Shown here: positions 1 through 12,386 of the stretch, piece by piece
How the letters are laid out: each line of letters begins with the position of its first letter
Position numbering within the stretch: the stretch's first letter is position 1
Source of the DNA: a virus
Length of the DNA: 64,000 bases
Reading direction: 5' to 3' (one strand)
Virus record (IMG/VR): IMGVR_UViG_3300045988_087221
Program-made: the position numbers and the translations under genes
The notes under the pieces: model-generated
Databases searched by the model: none
What the model saw: only the letters and a program-made list of their open reading frames with translations
What the model was told of the DNA's origin: nothing

Positions 1-1
1 T

Positions 2-2506
2 GAAGATAATAAAGGGGTAGCTGAAATAGAAGTATAGTTCTATGATAATCAGGGCTTATGCGCCAAATATTTTATTAATAATTTAGTTTCTTACTCAGGT
101 ATTATAACAGAATACATACCATTAAATGGTAATTCTTCAAATTATAAGTTATCTAAATAGGATGGTAAAAAGTTAATACCTCATGCAGGTCAAATGTTTA
201 CAGACGGAAAAATACCAGAAAATGTTGATACTACTTTATCTTATGTTTATTTAGATACAAAAGCAGATAAATTGAAACCCGTAGAAGTTACTTATGATAA
301 GAAACGAAATATATTTTATAAGATAGATGATCCAAATGAATAGGAAGTAACCATTAGTTCTACTTCTCCAATATTCTATAATGATGTAGGTACTTTGTAT
401 AGTAATATGTTATATGCTGTTAAGATAATATATAAATATACAAGTAAAAATGTCTTAGGAGAGTATAATACTGAAGGAATTGAATGGGATAATTTTGAAT
501 GGAGATGGTTATGGACTAATACTATGTTTAATTAGTATTACTATAATGTAAAAGACTTTAAAGATAATTAGTTTGAATTAACATTAGATATAGGAGCCTA
601 GTATTATGCTAATTTTAAAACAAAGGATATTACTGGTTATGAAGGACCTCAAAATGATACTTCTGATATTTTTAAAGGATTAGGTTTAAATTTAAATTAT
701 ATAAATAATGGGGAAATATAGTATACAGCAGACTTAGGATTACAGAATACATATAATTCATTCAGTTTAAAAAAAGGTTCAAGTACTGATAACATATCAA
801 TTAATATATACTCTGGAAATTCTTATATATAGATTTAGGATAATATCTAGAATAATGAATATCTAAGACAATCTAATGATAATATAGCTCCTAATAATAT
901 CAATAAGAAGTATGAATATATTATAAAAAGGTAGGGCACCGATATGTCAGGTATTGAAAATCCATGGGATTCTAAAGATGCTTATAAAAATTACAAACCA
1001 TTATTTACTAGTACATTAGATGCAGAGGAGGCTTTAGATACAATAGAATATGTAGGTAATGATTTAAAATCTTATAACTCTTCTCTGGGTGTAAAAAGTA
1101 CTTTAAAAAAATTATACACAAGACAATCCTTAAAAATTAATCTAGTTAATCCAACTCTATATATAAAAACATATATTAATTAGACTACTGCTCATAAAGA
1201 AATGATTAATTTGATACAAAAAGGATATGAAGAATATGGTTTAACTCTAGAAGGCAATTCTTTTAACTTTAATTATGTATATTCATTATGGGCTAATAGA
1301 AGTGGTAATGAGGGTAAGGATAAGCAAAGATATATAGTAAAATGGAATCAGAGTAAAACTTTAAGTGCTATTAATGAGGCAGTGGGGGATTTAGATTATT
1401 TTAAAAAGGATGACGCTAAAGAAAAGTGGGATGAAATAAATAAGATGGCAGATAAGGCTGAATTATGGTAGATAAGAAAAGCCTATGGTACTTCCCGACA
1501 CTCAATCTGGAAAAGTAGTGGAGATTATTTTTTGAGGGAGGGTAAATATGATGTAAATTCTTCTGCATCTTTTGATCTTCCAAATGGATTTTTTATTAAT
1601 TTACTAAATTTTGGTACTAAGTATACTTATATATCAAAGACTAATGATACTAATAATGCTCTTAGAGATGGAATATTTTCAAATAATGAAGGCTTTACAG
1701 ATAATACTATATATGCTTAGTTAGCGTTTAACTATGGAGGGGATATTCATTTATTAAATGATTATGTTAATATATCTGCTAAAGGTAATAATATTCCTTT
1801 AAGAACTGCTTTACAAGGTCTTGCTAGTGAGTGGGCTGGATGGTTAGCTAATACATATATATTAAATCAATCTAATATAGTTTCTAGTTTGCAATTAAAT
1901 GAATTAATCTATCCCAACTCAGTGACTACTTTTACTAAAGATATTGTTTATTGTACAAAGGTAGAAAGTAATAATAATTAGTTATTATTAAACAATTATG
2001 ACTATAGTAAGTATCTAAGCTAGATATAGAAACATAGTAATAATGTTTTTAATTCAAATGTTACTGTATAGCTTAATAATATAACTAAAAATATTCCTAT
2101 ATAGATTTAGTTAAAGTCCTTAATACCAACAAGACCACAGCAATCCCAAAATATTACAATAAAGCATTTTGCTAATAGAACTTTTGATAACGTTTACATA
2201 TCTAATATATCAGCAAATAATTTATATTGTATTTAGAATGATACAATGATACCTATTAACAATAATCAGGAAGTATATGCATTAACTAGCTATAGTGAAT
2301 CTACTGCTAATTTCTCAAAGAATGTATGCAAGTTTTCTATACCTAAAACTTTCATGTATTAGGATGACTCTTTAATTCCTAGAAAATCTTCTCCAGCAGG
2401 TATTTAGCTATATTCTTAGAAATTTGTAGGATCAGGTTGGGGTGGAGCTATAGGAGACTTACTTATTTCAGATACAATACTAGTGAATGCTAAGCATGTT
2501 AAATAA
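2..2506 (+). CDS. Large virion structural protein, C-terminal 834 codons (5' end outside window); needs TAG read as sense
   Basis: I read frame 2 by eye from base 2 to TAA at 2504..2506 and it is interrupted only by TAG. Track ORFs 944, 1202 and 1532 are all in this frame. The stop overlaps the next ATG (TAATG). No family recognised. Confidence 0.7.
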
Positions 2507-5500
2507 TGAGTAATATAATAAATTTTAATGTACAAACTAAGGTATTGCCTACTAAAGGTAACTTAGTATATGAGTACAATCCATTTAGAAATTATAGACT
2601 AACCTAGATTAAATATGAATATTAGGAGTAGTTATATACAGAATAGGAATTAGAAGATAATTTTAATATTTTTATAGATAGGACATATGAAGTAGTACCA
2701 AATGCAACAATAAAAGATGGTAAAAAAATAGAACTTAAAGATAGCCCAGCAATAAATATATCTATTACTGCATTTAAAGATGAGTCCTATAGGCAACACT
2801 TTAAAGTTGAAGGTAGAGATACTTCTAATCATCCTGTAACTGATGAATGTGGTAATTACCTGCCTAATGGAACTCCTGCAGTTGCTTGGGTAATACGATA
2901 TAACAATAAATTATATTGGGAAGATGATTTTCTTAGTAATATAAATTCGATATTCACATATACTATAGGAACCCAATGGCTTAAAAAGACTGTTGTTGAG
3001 GGTAAAGAAATTTATGAGCCCCTCACTGAAAATTTACCTATATTACATGAAAAGGGAGAATTAGTAGATTTTGTAACAGATGAGTTAAAATTTGACTTAA
3101 AGCATCCAGTAAATATTGTACCTCAATATAGTTATGATGGTTCTGTTAACTTAATTATTAACGATGGTATAAATACCCCTAAACTAATTAATAGTAGGTT
3201 CAGTGCCACAGGTAAAAATACTTATGAGATAATAGACAGAAAAGGTAATAATGACACCAATATTTATGATTAGGGAGACTAGTTTGAGATAGACACTTCA
3301 TTATATAAAAGAGTAATTAGTATTCCTAAATTATCCTATGAGGGCACGTCTTCGGGTGGTAATCTTAAAGTTGGTAACTATCACTTTTATATTAAATTAT
3401 CAGATGCTGATGGTAATGAAACAGACTTTGTTGCAGAATCAGGATTAGTTAGTGTATTTATAGGATTTGGTAATCCAGATAGTTTAACTACAGGTGTTAA
3501 AAACTAGAATAGTTTTAAAACAGTAAATCTATATCTATCTAACATAGACCCAGCTTATGATTATTTATATGTTTATTATTCTAGATATACTGCAGAATAG
3601 GATGAAAATATTAACACTGAATACATAAAGATAGATAAGAAATTTGTAGTATCTAATTAGGGTACTTGTAATATAAGTATTAATGGATATGAACCAACTA
3701 TACCTATAACTGCTAGAGATATTAATGACTCTTTTGAGATAGTGGATGCTGCTAAAGCTCAAGTTTCTTGTCAGAATATGCTGTTTTTAGGTAATGTACA
3801 TAAACCTGAAATACCCTATAAAGAATTATCTGATTTGTCTTTACATTTTTTGCCTTATTTAAAAAATAAAGACTATGAATGTAAATTTGATCAGAACTAT
3901 AATATAAATACTTCATCTTTAGGTTATTGGGATTCTTAGTACATATATAACTACGTAGGTTATTGGAATAATGAGTTTTATAGACTTGGAATAGTTTATA
4001 TACTGCCTAATGGTGAATTAACTCCTGTGTTCAATATTAGAGGATGTAGCAATATAGTTGAATATGATTCGAATCTTAATTTATATTCAGATATACCATT
4101 ATATCTTAATAACGAACGTAATTATGTTAATTATAACGAAACAGATTACTAGCTAATAACTACTAATACTAGAAACAAAGAATTAAAATCTACAGCTCTT
4201 AATGAGAACGTTAAAGGAGTAATTAGATTTCAATCTGATAAAGATGCTGATACTATACATAGTTTAGATATTAGGATTAATAATGAAGCTATGTAGGAAC
4301 TAAAGAAATATGTTAAGGGGTTTTTCTTTGTTCGTCAAGCTAGAATCCCAACTATATTAGCTCAAGGTATTACACTAGGACTAGATTAGAACTCCTATAC
4401 TCCAACTATACCAACAGCAGGGGGTTTATTAGAACAGTTATCTAATTCTTTAGATAAAACTTATGTAACTACAGAAGATATTAATGACGTAAATTATATC
4501 TCTGAAGGATTTCTATCTAGATATTAGTTCAAGTTTAAAAAGAAATCTTCTAGTTTATGGAGTAAAATAGGTAAAATAGCTGCTATTACTGCAGGAGTTG
4601 TAGCCTTAGGTGCTGCTACAGTATTTACTGCAGGGGCTGCTGGAGCGTTAGTTGCGGGGTCAACATTAGCTGGAGCAGTTACCGCAGGTAGCACTACCTT
4701 AGGGGGAATCTTAGTTGCTGGAGGAGCTGTAACCACAGGACTAGGATTAGCTACTGGAGTGGCAGGAGCTTCTGCAATTATAGCTGTAGGAGCTGGAACT
4801 GCAGCGGGATTGATAACAGCTGCAATTGCTACAGGTCAAGAAATTAAATATGGTATTTAGACTTGGTAGCATAAAAAACTAGATGGAAGAAATACTAAAT
4901 GCCCTAAGGGATATAAAATAGCTGAATTAGATGAGTCTAGAAAAGTAGGAGGTGACTTTGAGAATAGAATTATAATTAAGGATAATTCTAAGAATAAAAC
5001 ATAGGTTATTTTATGTCCAGACTTTGAAGTAAACCAAGCTTATTTTAATTAGTTGTTTACAGGTAACGAACATTTAATAGAATCTACAAAAGCTTAGGGA
5101 AATAACTTATTATTGGGACACAGTTCTAATTATTTCTCAGAAGATGTCATTAATAACTATAGACATTATTATATGCCTGATTACTATGATACTAATTCTA
5201 GTATATCAGGAACTTACAAATTAATTAGTGTCCCTGAAGACGTTAAGTGTGTAGGATTAGATAATTTAAAGTTTAGAAGTAGAGCTGGTTATGCAGAGGA
5301 AGCTTGGAGATATGAATCTGTAGGTGATGAATATAAAACACAAAATGATAGAAATAATAAATCAGAAACAGATGAAGAAACAATAAGTAATAAGTAGACT
5401 AATTCTGATATAGTTAGGGGTATATATGGGGCTTATTTAGGAGTGGCTAATACTTCAGATAAATTAACTCCTGCGACTACTGTAAATATTTATATACCTA

Positions 5501-8500
5501 AATATGATAGTAGTAATACACTTAAGTATATTTAGATAAGAATGGATGATAATTCTACGTATTCTGCTATTACTGATAGAATTGACATATCAGAATCTGA
5601 TAATTACTTAGTAACTAAGAAATCTTAGTTAGTTAATGATTCTACTGACTTTTATAAAAAAGGATATTAGTTTTCTGCATTTAGAGGGGATTGTTATATA
5701 TGTCAATTTACTCATAGGGTAATAAGAAACTTTAATTCTCCTTCTGCTCCTTATAATGATGAAATTGTTGACGAGAATACTTGGAAAGATAACTATAATC
5801 CAGAAAAGACAGAGAGTTATGAGAATATAAACTTGGGAGATGTTAATGCTGTTTAGTTAGGTATGTGGGTAACTTTTAGAATACGTTCATCTTACAATTT
5901 AAATATACGTACTTTAGACAGTTCTAATGTTGATGAAAAACAAATGACAGGACACTCTAGAGGTTATTTCCCATATACTCCTATGAGTGTAGAGGGCACA
6001 TATAAAATTCCAGAATCTCATATTTATAATAAAGGATTTAGTAAATCCCTGAGTGATAGATGGAATAACTTATTGCCTGATGTTCCTTATATTAAGAATT
6101 GGTTTGGAACACGTATTATGTATTCTGATATTCATATTAACGATGCATATAAAAATGGTTATAGAGTATTTAGAAAGACTAATAGTGTTGATTATACTAG
6201 AGAATATGGAGAAATAACTAAGTTAATCTCGTTAAATTCCAATTTATTAATTATATTTGAACATGGAATTGCAGTTGCTCCAGTTAATTAGACAGCAGTT
6301 CAATAGGTATCAGGATAGCTTGTAACTACTTCTAGAGTGCTTCCAGAGACTCCAACTGTTATTTCTGATATGTTTGGTAGTCAATGGACAGATAGTATTC
6401 TGAAGACTCCAGGAAAAAGAGGAAATAATACTTAGTATGTATATGGTGTAGATACTGTAGCTAAGAAGATTTGGAAGACTGATGGAAACTCTCTAATCTG
6501 TATTTCAGACGTTAAAGTACAAGAATTTCTAAATAATAATATTACTCTTGGAGAAAGAGAGATTACACCTACATTAGGGATTCGTAATGTAAAAACTTGT
6601 TATAATTCTTATAAAGGAGATGTAATGTTTACTTTCTATGATAATACTACTGGTTTTTAGGAGAAAGTATGGAATTTGTGTTATAATGAATTATTAGATA
6701 AGTTTATTACATTCTACAGTTGGATTCCTAGTTTTATGGAGAATATAAATAATATACCATTCTCATTTAATAGAGACACTTCTAAGTGGATAGCTAAATT
6801 AGGTACGAGTCATTCTACAAGTTCTTTTGCAGATGGTATTACCTTAACTAATGTAGTATTTGATCCTACTTTAGATAACGAAGTTGTTTAGAATATATCA
6901 GTACCTATTAATTATTTAACTAAGAATGGAACTTATAAAACTACCTATGGAACTGTAATGACAACAAGTTATTTTATAGGTATATTACAATTATCTAATA
7001 GAGTAATTCCTAATTACAATGTTCCATATGATATTAGTTATGAATTATGTAGAGATATTTATGGTAATTATAAAAATTTTACTCTAAAGAAGTTAAAATT
7101 CTATGATAAAGATAACCATGAATAGGATACTTTCCCTTTAAGTAATGTAAAAGATGCCTTATTCCCAACTCACGATGTTTCAGTATATGGCTTATATATA
7201 AATCCTAAATCACCATTGTATACAAGAGATTTAATGGATAATACTGGAGTTAAGAGGGTATACTTAACTACTAAAGATGAAGAACATAATAAAATAAGTA
7301 GTGTATTTATACATAAAGACATGAGATCCATGCTACTTTCTGAACTTTATTATAGAAATAAAAAGAACCATGCTTATGCTGATACAGATGTAAATAAATG
7401 GGAGCCTAATACTAAAGAAAGTATAGACATTATAGAGTAGCAACTAACTGCGGATACTATATAGGGAGTAACTTCTGATAATTATTTAGAAAAGTTTAAA
7501 GAAACAAAGGCATATGAGGTTATCAACGATTTATATAACTAGTATGGTAAGTTATCAGCTTAGATAGAAGTATCTAATGATGTTTAGTTATCTAAATCTA
7601 CTAATATTATGTCTATGTATTTCAAATGGAAGGAATTAGTTACTTACTCTGATAACATGTTTAAGTACAATGATAGTCCTATATAGGCTTATATAGTTCA
7701 TGCACAAACTGTTACTTATTCAGAGTTAATTCATATTAATGCTCCTATATTCAAGAATCTACAAGGTAAAAGAGAAATGTTACCTAAAGATAAATAGATA
7801 AATCCTGATACTATAGTTAAACTATTAAATATCAAAGCTACTATAAATGCTACTATACCTAATACTGATCAATCACTAGAAGATTATTATTATAATAAGA
7901 CAGCTAGTTATAATGTAGCTACTTATGAATCTACTGTTGCAGTTATCCCTAAATGGAATATGTAGTTTTTAAGTACAGATTTCTGGAAACATGGTTAGGC
8001 AGGTTCATTTGATATAGCAGATGACATATATCCATGTTATTGGTATGGTAAATAGCATCAATTTGAATTCGAATTTATTGTAGTTAATGATCCTAGTGTC
8101 CATAAGATATTTACTAATTTGGAATTAATAGCTAATAAAGCAAAACCTGAATCTTTTCATTATGAAGTAATAGGAGAGGCTTATGATTTTGCAAAAGATA
8201 AACCAAATATGTATTTTAGACAAGAGGCTATGAAAGCTCTTTGGCAATATAATGGCTGTGATATTGAGTATAATAGCGACTTCCTGAAGATTTAGACTAG
8301 ACAATAGAATAAGTCGGCAGATTTACCACATAATTATTTTGCAAGAGCTAAGCACATTAATGAAGTAGAGGATAGTTATATAATGGCTTAGGTTGGAAAA
8401 CACGATTATAGACACTTATCTGGAGGCGAAATTGTATATTATCCAAATAGATAGGAGTTCAGAGTTTGGAATCACGTTCCTGCTATTGATGTTGATGACT

Positions 8501-9063
8501 AGACTGATACTTCAGCTTCTTCCTTTGGAGGAAGAGGTTTAATGGCTTCTAATATGCGTTATCTTGAGGATAGATGGAAAGTACAGATAAATCCTTTATT
8601 AATTACCTATAAAAATGAGTATGAAAGAAGGGATTCTACTAAGGCTTTATGTGCCCCAGAAAATTCTACTTGGAAAAATGGAGCAGGTACTAGAGCAGGA
8701 GATAAACTACCTCCATTACCTTTATATAATTCACCTATTCCAGATGCAGTAAAAGAAAGAGGCGAAATAGCCATTCCAGGATATTCATCTTCTGTATTGA
8801 CTGGATATTCAGAAACTACTGAAGGTAGAGATAATGCAATGTATAATTTATATAAGGTAGATTTTGAGAATGGAATACATCCATTTGATACATCCTCTTG
8901 GTTAGATGATGTGAATATTTATAAGTATAATTTTGGAAATGCTCAAAATAGAAAGGAAACTGATATGAGAGATAAATTTATAAAAATTAGAATTAGATAT
9001 TCAGGTAAAGAACTAGCAATAATTGATTTTATAAATACTATATATCAAGTTAGCTATGCATAA
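2506..9063 (+). CDS. Giant virion/tail-associated structural protein (2185 aa) with an internal Gly/Ala-rich hydrophobic segment; TAG-recoded
   Basis: ATG at 2506, TAA at 9061..9063. Track ORFs 3742, 5113, 5863, 6676, 7216 and 8542 are all in frame 1 and separated only by TAG. Compositionally coding throughout. No family recognised. Confidence 0.7.
4564..4846 (+). other. Gly/Ala/Thr/Val-rich hydrophobic (glycine-zipper-like, putative membrane-inserting) segment inside the 2185-aa protein
   Basis: Translates as KIGKIAAITAGVVALGAATVFTAGAAGALVAGSTLAGAVTAGSTTLGGILVAGGAVTTGLGLATGVAGASAIIAVGAGTAAGLITAAIATG. Its locally higher GC creates the spurious antisense ORF 4524..4736. Confidence 0.6.
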
Positions 9064-10651
9064 AAAAATAAGACTAATATAGAAAGGTTAGGCAGGATTT
9101 CAGTTTACATAGTAGGGATTAGTTGGAGGATTAGTCCCTACTACAGCTGGTTCTGTATTAGATTAGAATACTATAAATGCTATCAATTAGCAATAGACTA
9201 ATATATGGAAAGCACAACAAGATGAGTAGGCTAGAATAAGATAGTAGCAAATAAGTTAGGGTTATTAGACAGCTTCTAATGCTTTAAATCCCATCTCTTA
9301 GGGATTAACTAACTTCGGTATAATGTCAGGTAATTATACTATGGCTAATCTAGGTTAGTTAGGAGGCTCTCTTAGTAGTGGTCTTTAGTTAATGTCTAAT
9401 TGGAAAAGTTTATCTAATTAGGATAAGACAGCAGGAGTAGCTGGAATTGGGGGTCAAGCAATAGATACTTTAGATAATATGTTCTTTGCTAAACAACATG
9501 CTAAAGACTCGGGTTTAACTAAAGGATTAAATAATGCTTATGATTCTATATCTAATGCTGCAATGATGTTTTCTCCTGTTGGAACTATTATTGGTGGCGC
9601 TATGAAAGCTGGAAAATTTATAGGAGATGGATTATCTGCATTAGGAATAGGAACTGATTAGATGACTACTACCGATAAAATATTAGATAGTAGCTTTATG
9701 AAACTTACTCCTGCAGGATTAATCAATGGTATAGGTGCAAAAAGAGCTAAATAGTTCTCTGCCAATAATGACACTATTGAAAAAGTTGGAGGAGACTATG
9801 CAGATTCTGTAAATACCATAGAAGATGCAGTCTCTAAAGTAGGTAAGAAATATGGCTTATTTAGTAATGGTGCCAGGAAACGAGCTAATAGGCTTATTGA
9901 TACAGCCAAAACTCAATAGAATATTATGACTAATATATCTAATGCCTATCAAGATTAGTTAGCCAACAAATCATATTTAGCTTACACTAGATATGGACAG
10001 GATATTAATGGTGGATTATAGCAATAGTATTTAAGAGCTGCTAAGCATGGTGCTATTCTATAGAGAATTAATCTAAGAAAACATAGAAGAGGTGGCTAGC
10101 TTAAAGATAAAATAGATATAGAAGTTAAATAGGAACAGTGGCAACCCATAATTAATCTTGAATACCCAGAAGTATCTAAATTAAAAGAAGGAGGCTAGTT
10201 AGAAGAACCTAAAGAATGGACTCCTGTAATTAGTTTAGATATATAGAAGTTAGAAGAGGGTGGTAAAACTGATAAACCTAAACAAGAACCTGAGAAGGTT
10301 GAGGAAACTAATTAGAAAAATGTTATTCCTGAGGGTGCTTTACATGCCCATAAGCATCATATGGAAAATGCAGAAGATTTAACTAAGAAAGGTATACCAG
10401 TAGTTGATAATAAGGGTGAACAACAAGCTGAGATAGAACGTAACGAAATTATTTTCTCTTTAGAAGTAACTAAGTAGTTAGAAGATTTGCATAAAAGATA
10501 TTAGGGATATACTAATACTTAGAAAGAGAAAGATGAATTAGCTATTGAAGCCGGAAAGTTACTTGTTTATGAGATTCTACATAATACAGAAGACAGAACT
10601 GGTTTAATTAAAGAATGTAAGAAAGGAGGTACGCTAGATGGGAATAAGTGA
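9056..10651 (+). CDS. Virion-associated protein (531 aa) with a very Gln(TAG)-rich N-terminus and a His-rich EGALHAHKHHMEN motif; TAG-recoded
   Basis: ATG at 9056 overlaps the upstream TAA by 8 nt. Frame 2 is open to TGA at 10649..10651. I counted 16 in-frame TAG between 9056 and 9478. The His-rich motif lies at 10331..10366. Track ORF 9479 is in this frame. Confidence 0.65.
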
Positions 10652-11300
10652 TTTATTTGTATCCTATAATTAGGTATAGGCTCCTTCTTACTTAGAGTCT
10701 CCTTAGATAGAATATACTCCAATAGGAGAAGAATTAACTAATTAGGAAAATTTAGATAGAATTTAGTCTAGAAATTAGAAAAAAGAAGGATTTGCAGGAT
10801 GGAATCCTCTAGAACAAAATACTTCAGAAGACAATTCAATAAATACTTCTCATACTCCTGCAAAGGGTTCTAAGTCCTTCAATTTAGCTATGACTTCTTA
10901 TTTAGCTAAACATCCTGAAGATGCTAAATATAGATAGACACTTACAGAAATAGCTGCAAAAGAATCTAATTTTAATCCTACTGTTAAAAATGCTAAGTCC
11001 TCCGCTAGTGGATATTTCTAGTTTATAAATAGTACAAGAAAGCAATATGCACCGCATTTAACTAAAGAACAATTTTTAAATAATCCAGAGGAATAGATTT
11101 CTGCTGCAGTTAAATTACTTAAAGCTAATAGAAATATATCTAGTAAATTCGCTAATTTAAGAGGACTTAGTTAGTTACAAGTTGATTATGGAATGTGGTT
11201 TAGTCCAGCAGCTTTAAGTCAATATCTTAAAACTGGTAAATCCAATTTTAAAGACCCACAAGGAACTAGTTTAATGACAGTACTAAATAAAATGGCTTAA
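10638..11300 (+). CDS. Lytic transglycosylase (SLT-domain) peptidoglycan hydrolase, likely virion-associated (220 aa); TAG-recoded
   Basis: ATG at 10638 is preceded by AAGGAGGT. The translation contains EIAAKESNFNPTVKNAKSSASGYFQF. This matches the SLT catalytic Glu-Ser ... G-x-x-Q signature, and the Q is encoded by TAG at 11019..11021. TAA at 11298..11300. Confidence 0.8.
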
Positions 11301-11923
11301 TGGATAAGAAAAGAATAATTATAGGAGACAAACAATATACTGTAGAAATAGCTAAAACTGAAGAAGATAGAAAGAAGGGGCTTCAAGATAGAGAATAGTT
11401 AGCACCTGATGAAGGAATGTTATTTATCTGGTCTGAATAGTAGCCAGTTATAGAAATGTGGATGAAAAATACTAAGATTCCACTTGACTAGATAGCTATT
11501 AATAATGATGATGAAGTAACTGCAGTATATAAAGCTTAGCCCGAAGATGAAACGCTACACCCATTTCCTAATGCTAAGTATATACTTGAAGTAAACTAGA
11601 ATTCAGGTATAGAAGAAGGAGATGATTTTGAGTTTGATGAATCTGATGACCCTAATAAATATGTAATGAAGGTACTTGCTCCTGATGGTTCGACTCAGAT
11701 GGATCTATAGGGTGGAGAACGCATATTTAGTAGAATTTCTACAAAATAGATGATTACTTGGGCTAAGAAAGCAGAAGCTAATAAAGATAATAAGGAGTTA
11801 TTTAACAAATACTGTAAGAGACTTGGTAAGAGAATGTTTAAAGAATTATATGCTCAAGACCACAGAGAACCAGAATATGTAGATGCTCCTGAATCTAAGA
11901 AAGATTAGAACGATAAAAAATAA
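11300..11923 (+). CDS. DUF192-family protein (207 aa); TAG-recoded
   Basis: The start is coupled as TAATG. DEGMLFIW...EMWMKNTKIPLDQIAI...AKYILEVN matches the DUF192 pattern GMLF...fWMknT.ipLD...yvLE. TAA at 11921..11923. Confidence 0.65.
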
Positions 11924-12037
11924 ATAATTACATAAGTCATCAAAATTATTTGTATTTTAGATAATTGATATGTACTATTGAAATACATAATATTATTAGA
12001 TAATTAACTAGTTAATTAACAAATTAAATTTAAACAC
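11924..12037 (+). promoter_or_regulatory. Largest non-coding gap of the + module: candidate promoter/operator upstream of the small GC-rich gene
   Basis: There is a 10-bp direct repeat TTAGATAATT at 11957..11966 and 11996..12005. A perfect 18-bp palindrome TAATTAACTAGTTAATTA sits at 12001..12018, 20 bp before the ATG. TTTG-N20-TACTATTG (about 11949..11980) resembles a Bacteroidota -33/-7 promoter with one mismatch. Confidence 0.4.
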
Positions 12038-12325
12038 ATGCAATTTATTAAGAAGTTTCAAGAAGGTGGAGCTGCTCCAGCACCAGAGGCTGCTGCTCCA
12101 CAGTAGGGTGGTGAAGACCCAACAGCTATGTTGATGCAAGGTGCTCAGCAAGCAGTACAAAATCAAGATTGTCAAATCGCTATTCAGGTATGTCAAATGG
12201 TACTCGAAATGCTCGGCGGAGGTGGTGCCCCAGCAGAAGCAGGTGGACCTGAAGCAGGTGGTGCTCCACAATCAGAACCTGTTTATCGTAGAGGTGGACG
12301 TCTTGTAAGAAGAATTTAGAAGTAA
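12038..12325 (+). CDS. Small Ala/Gly/Pro/Gln-rich protein with a basic C-terminus (95 aa); GC-rich, codon usage atypical for the block
   Basis: The ATG at 12038 is in frame with track ORF 12128..12319. There is one internal TAG (12104..12106) and one penultimate TAG (12317..12319) before TAA at 12323..12325. Gln is mostly CAA/CAG here, unlike in the neighbours. The gene is flanked by a long intergenic region and a hairpin. Confidence 0.6.
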
Positions 12326-12338
12326 TCAATTTTAAACG

Positions 12339-12376
12339 TAGGGATATATCTAGATACTCATTTAGGTATATCCCTA
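12339..12376 (+). terminator. Stem-loop (10-bp perfect stem TAGGGATATA / TATATCCCTA), candidate intrinsic terminator or RNA-processing site
   Basis: The inverted repeat 12339..12348 / 12367..12376 has an 18-nt loop and is followed by AATTTTATAAT. It lies between TAA 12325 and ATG 12387. Confidence 0.5.
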
Positions 12377-12386
12377 ATTTTATAAT

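Noticed and set aside
4524-4736. Antisense ORF of 70 aa (Pro/Ala/Thr/Val-rich) on the - strand.
   Set aside because: It is the mirror image of the GC-rich Gly/Ala tract of the + strand gene. It is embedded in a continuous + strand frame and has no independent start context.
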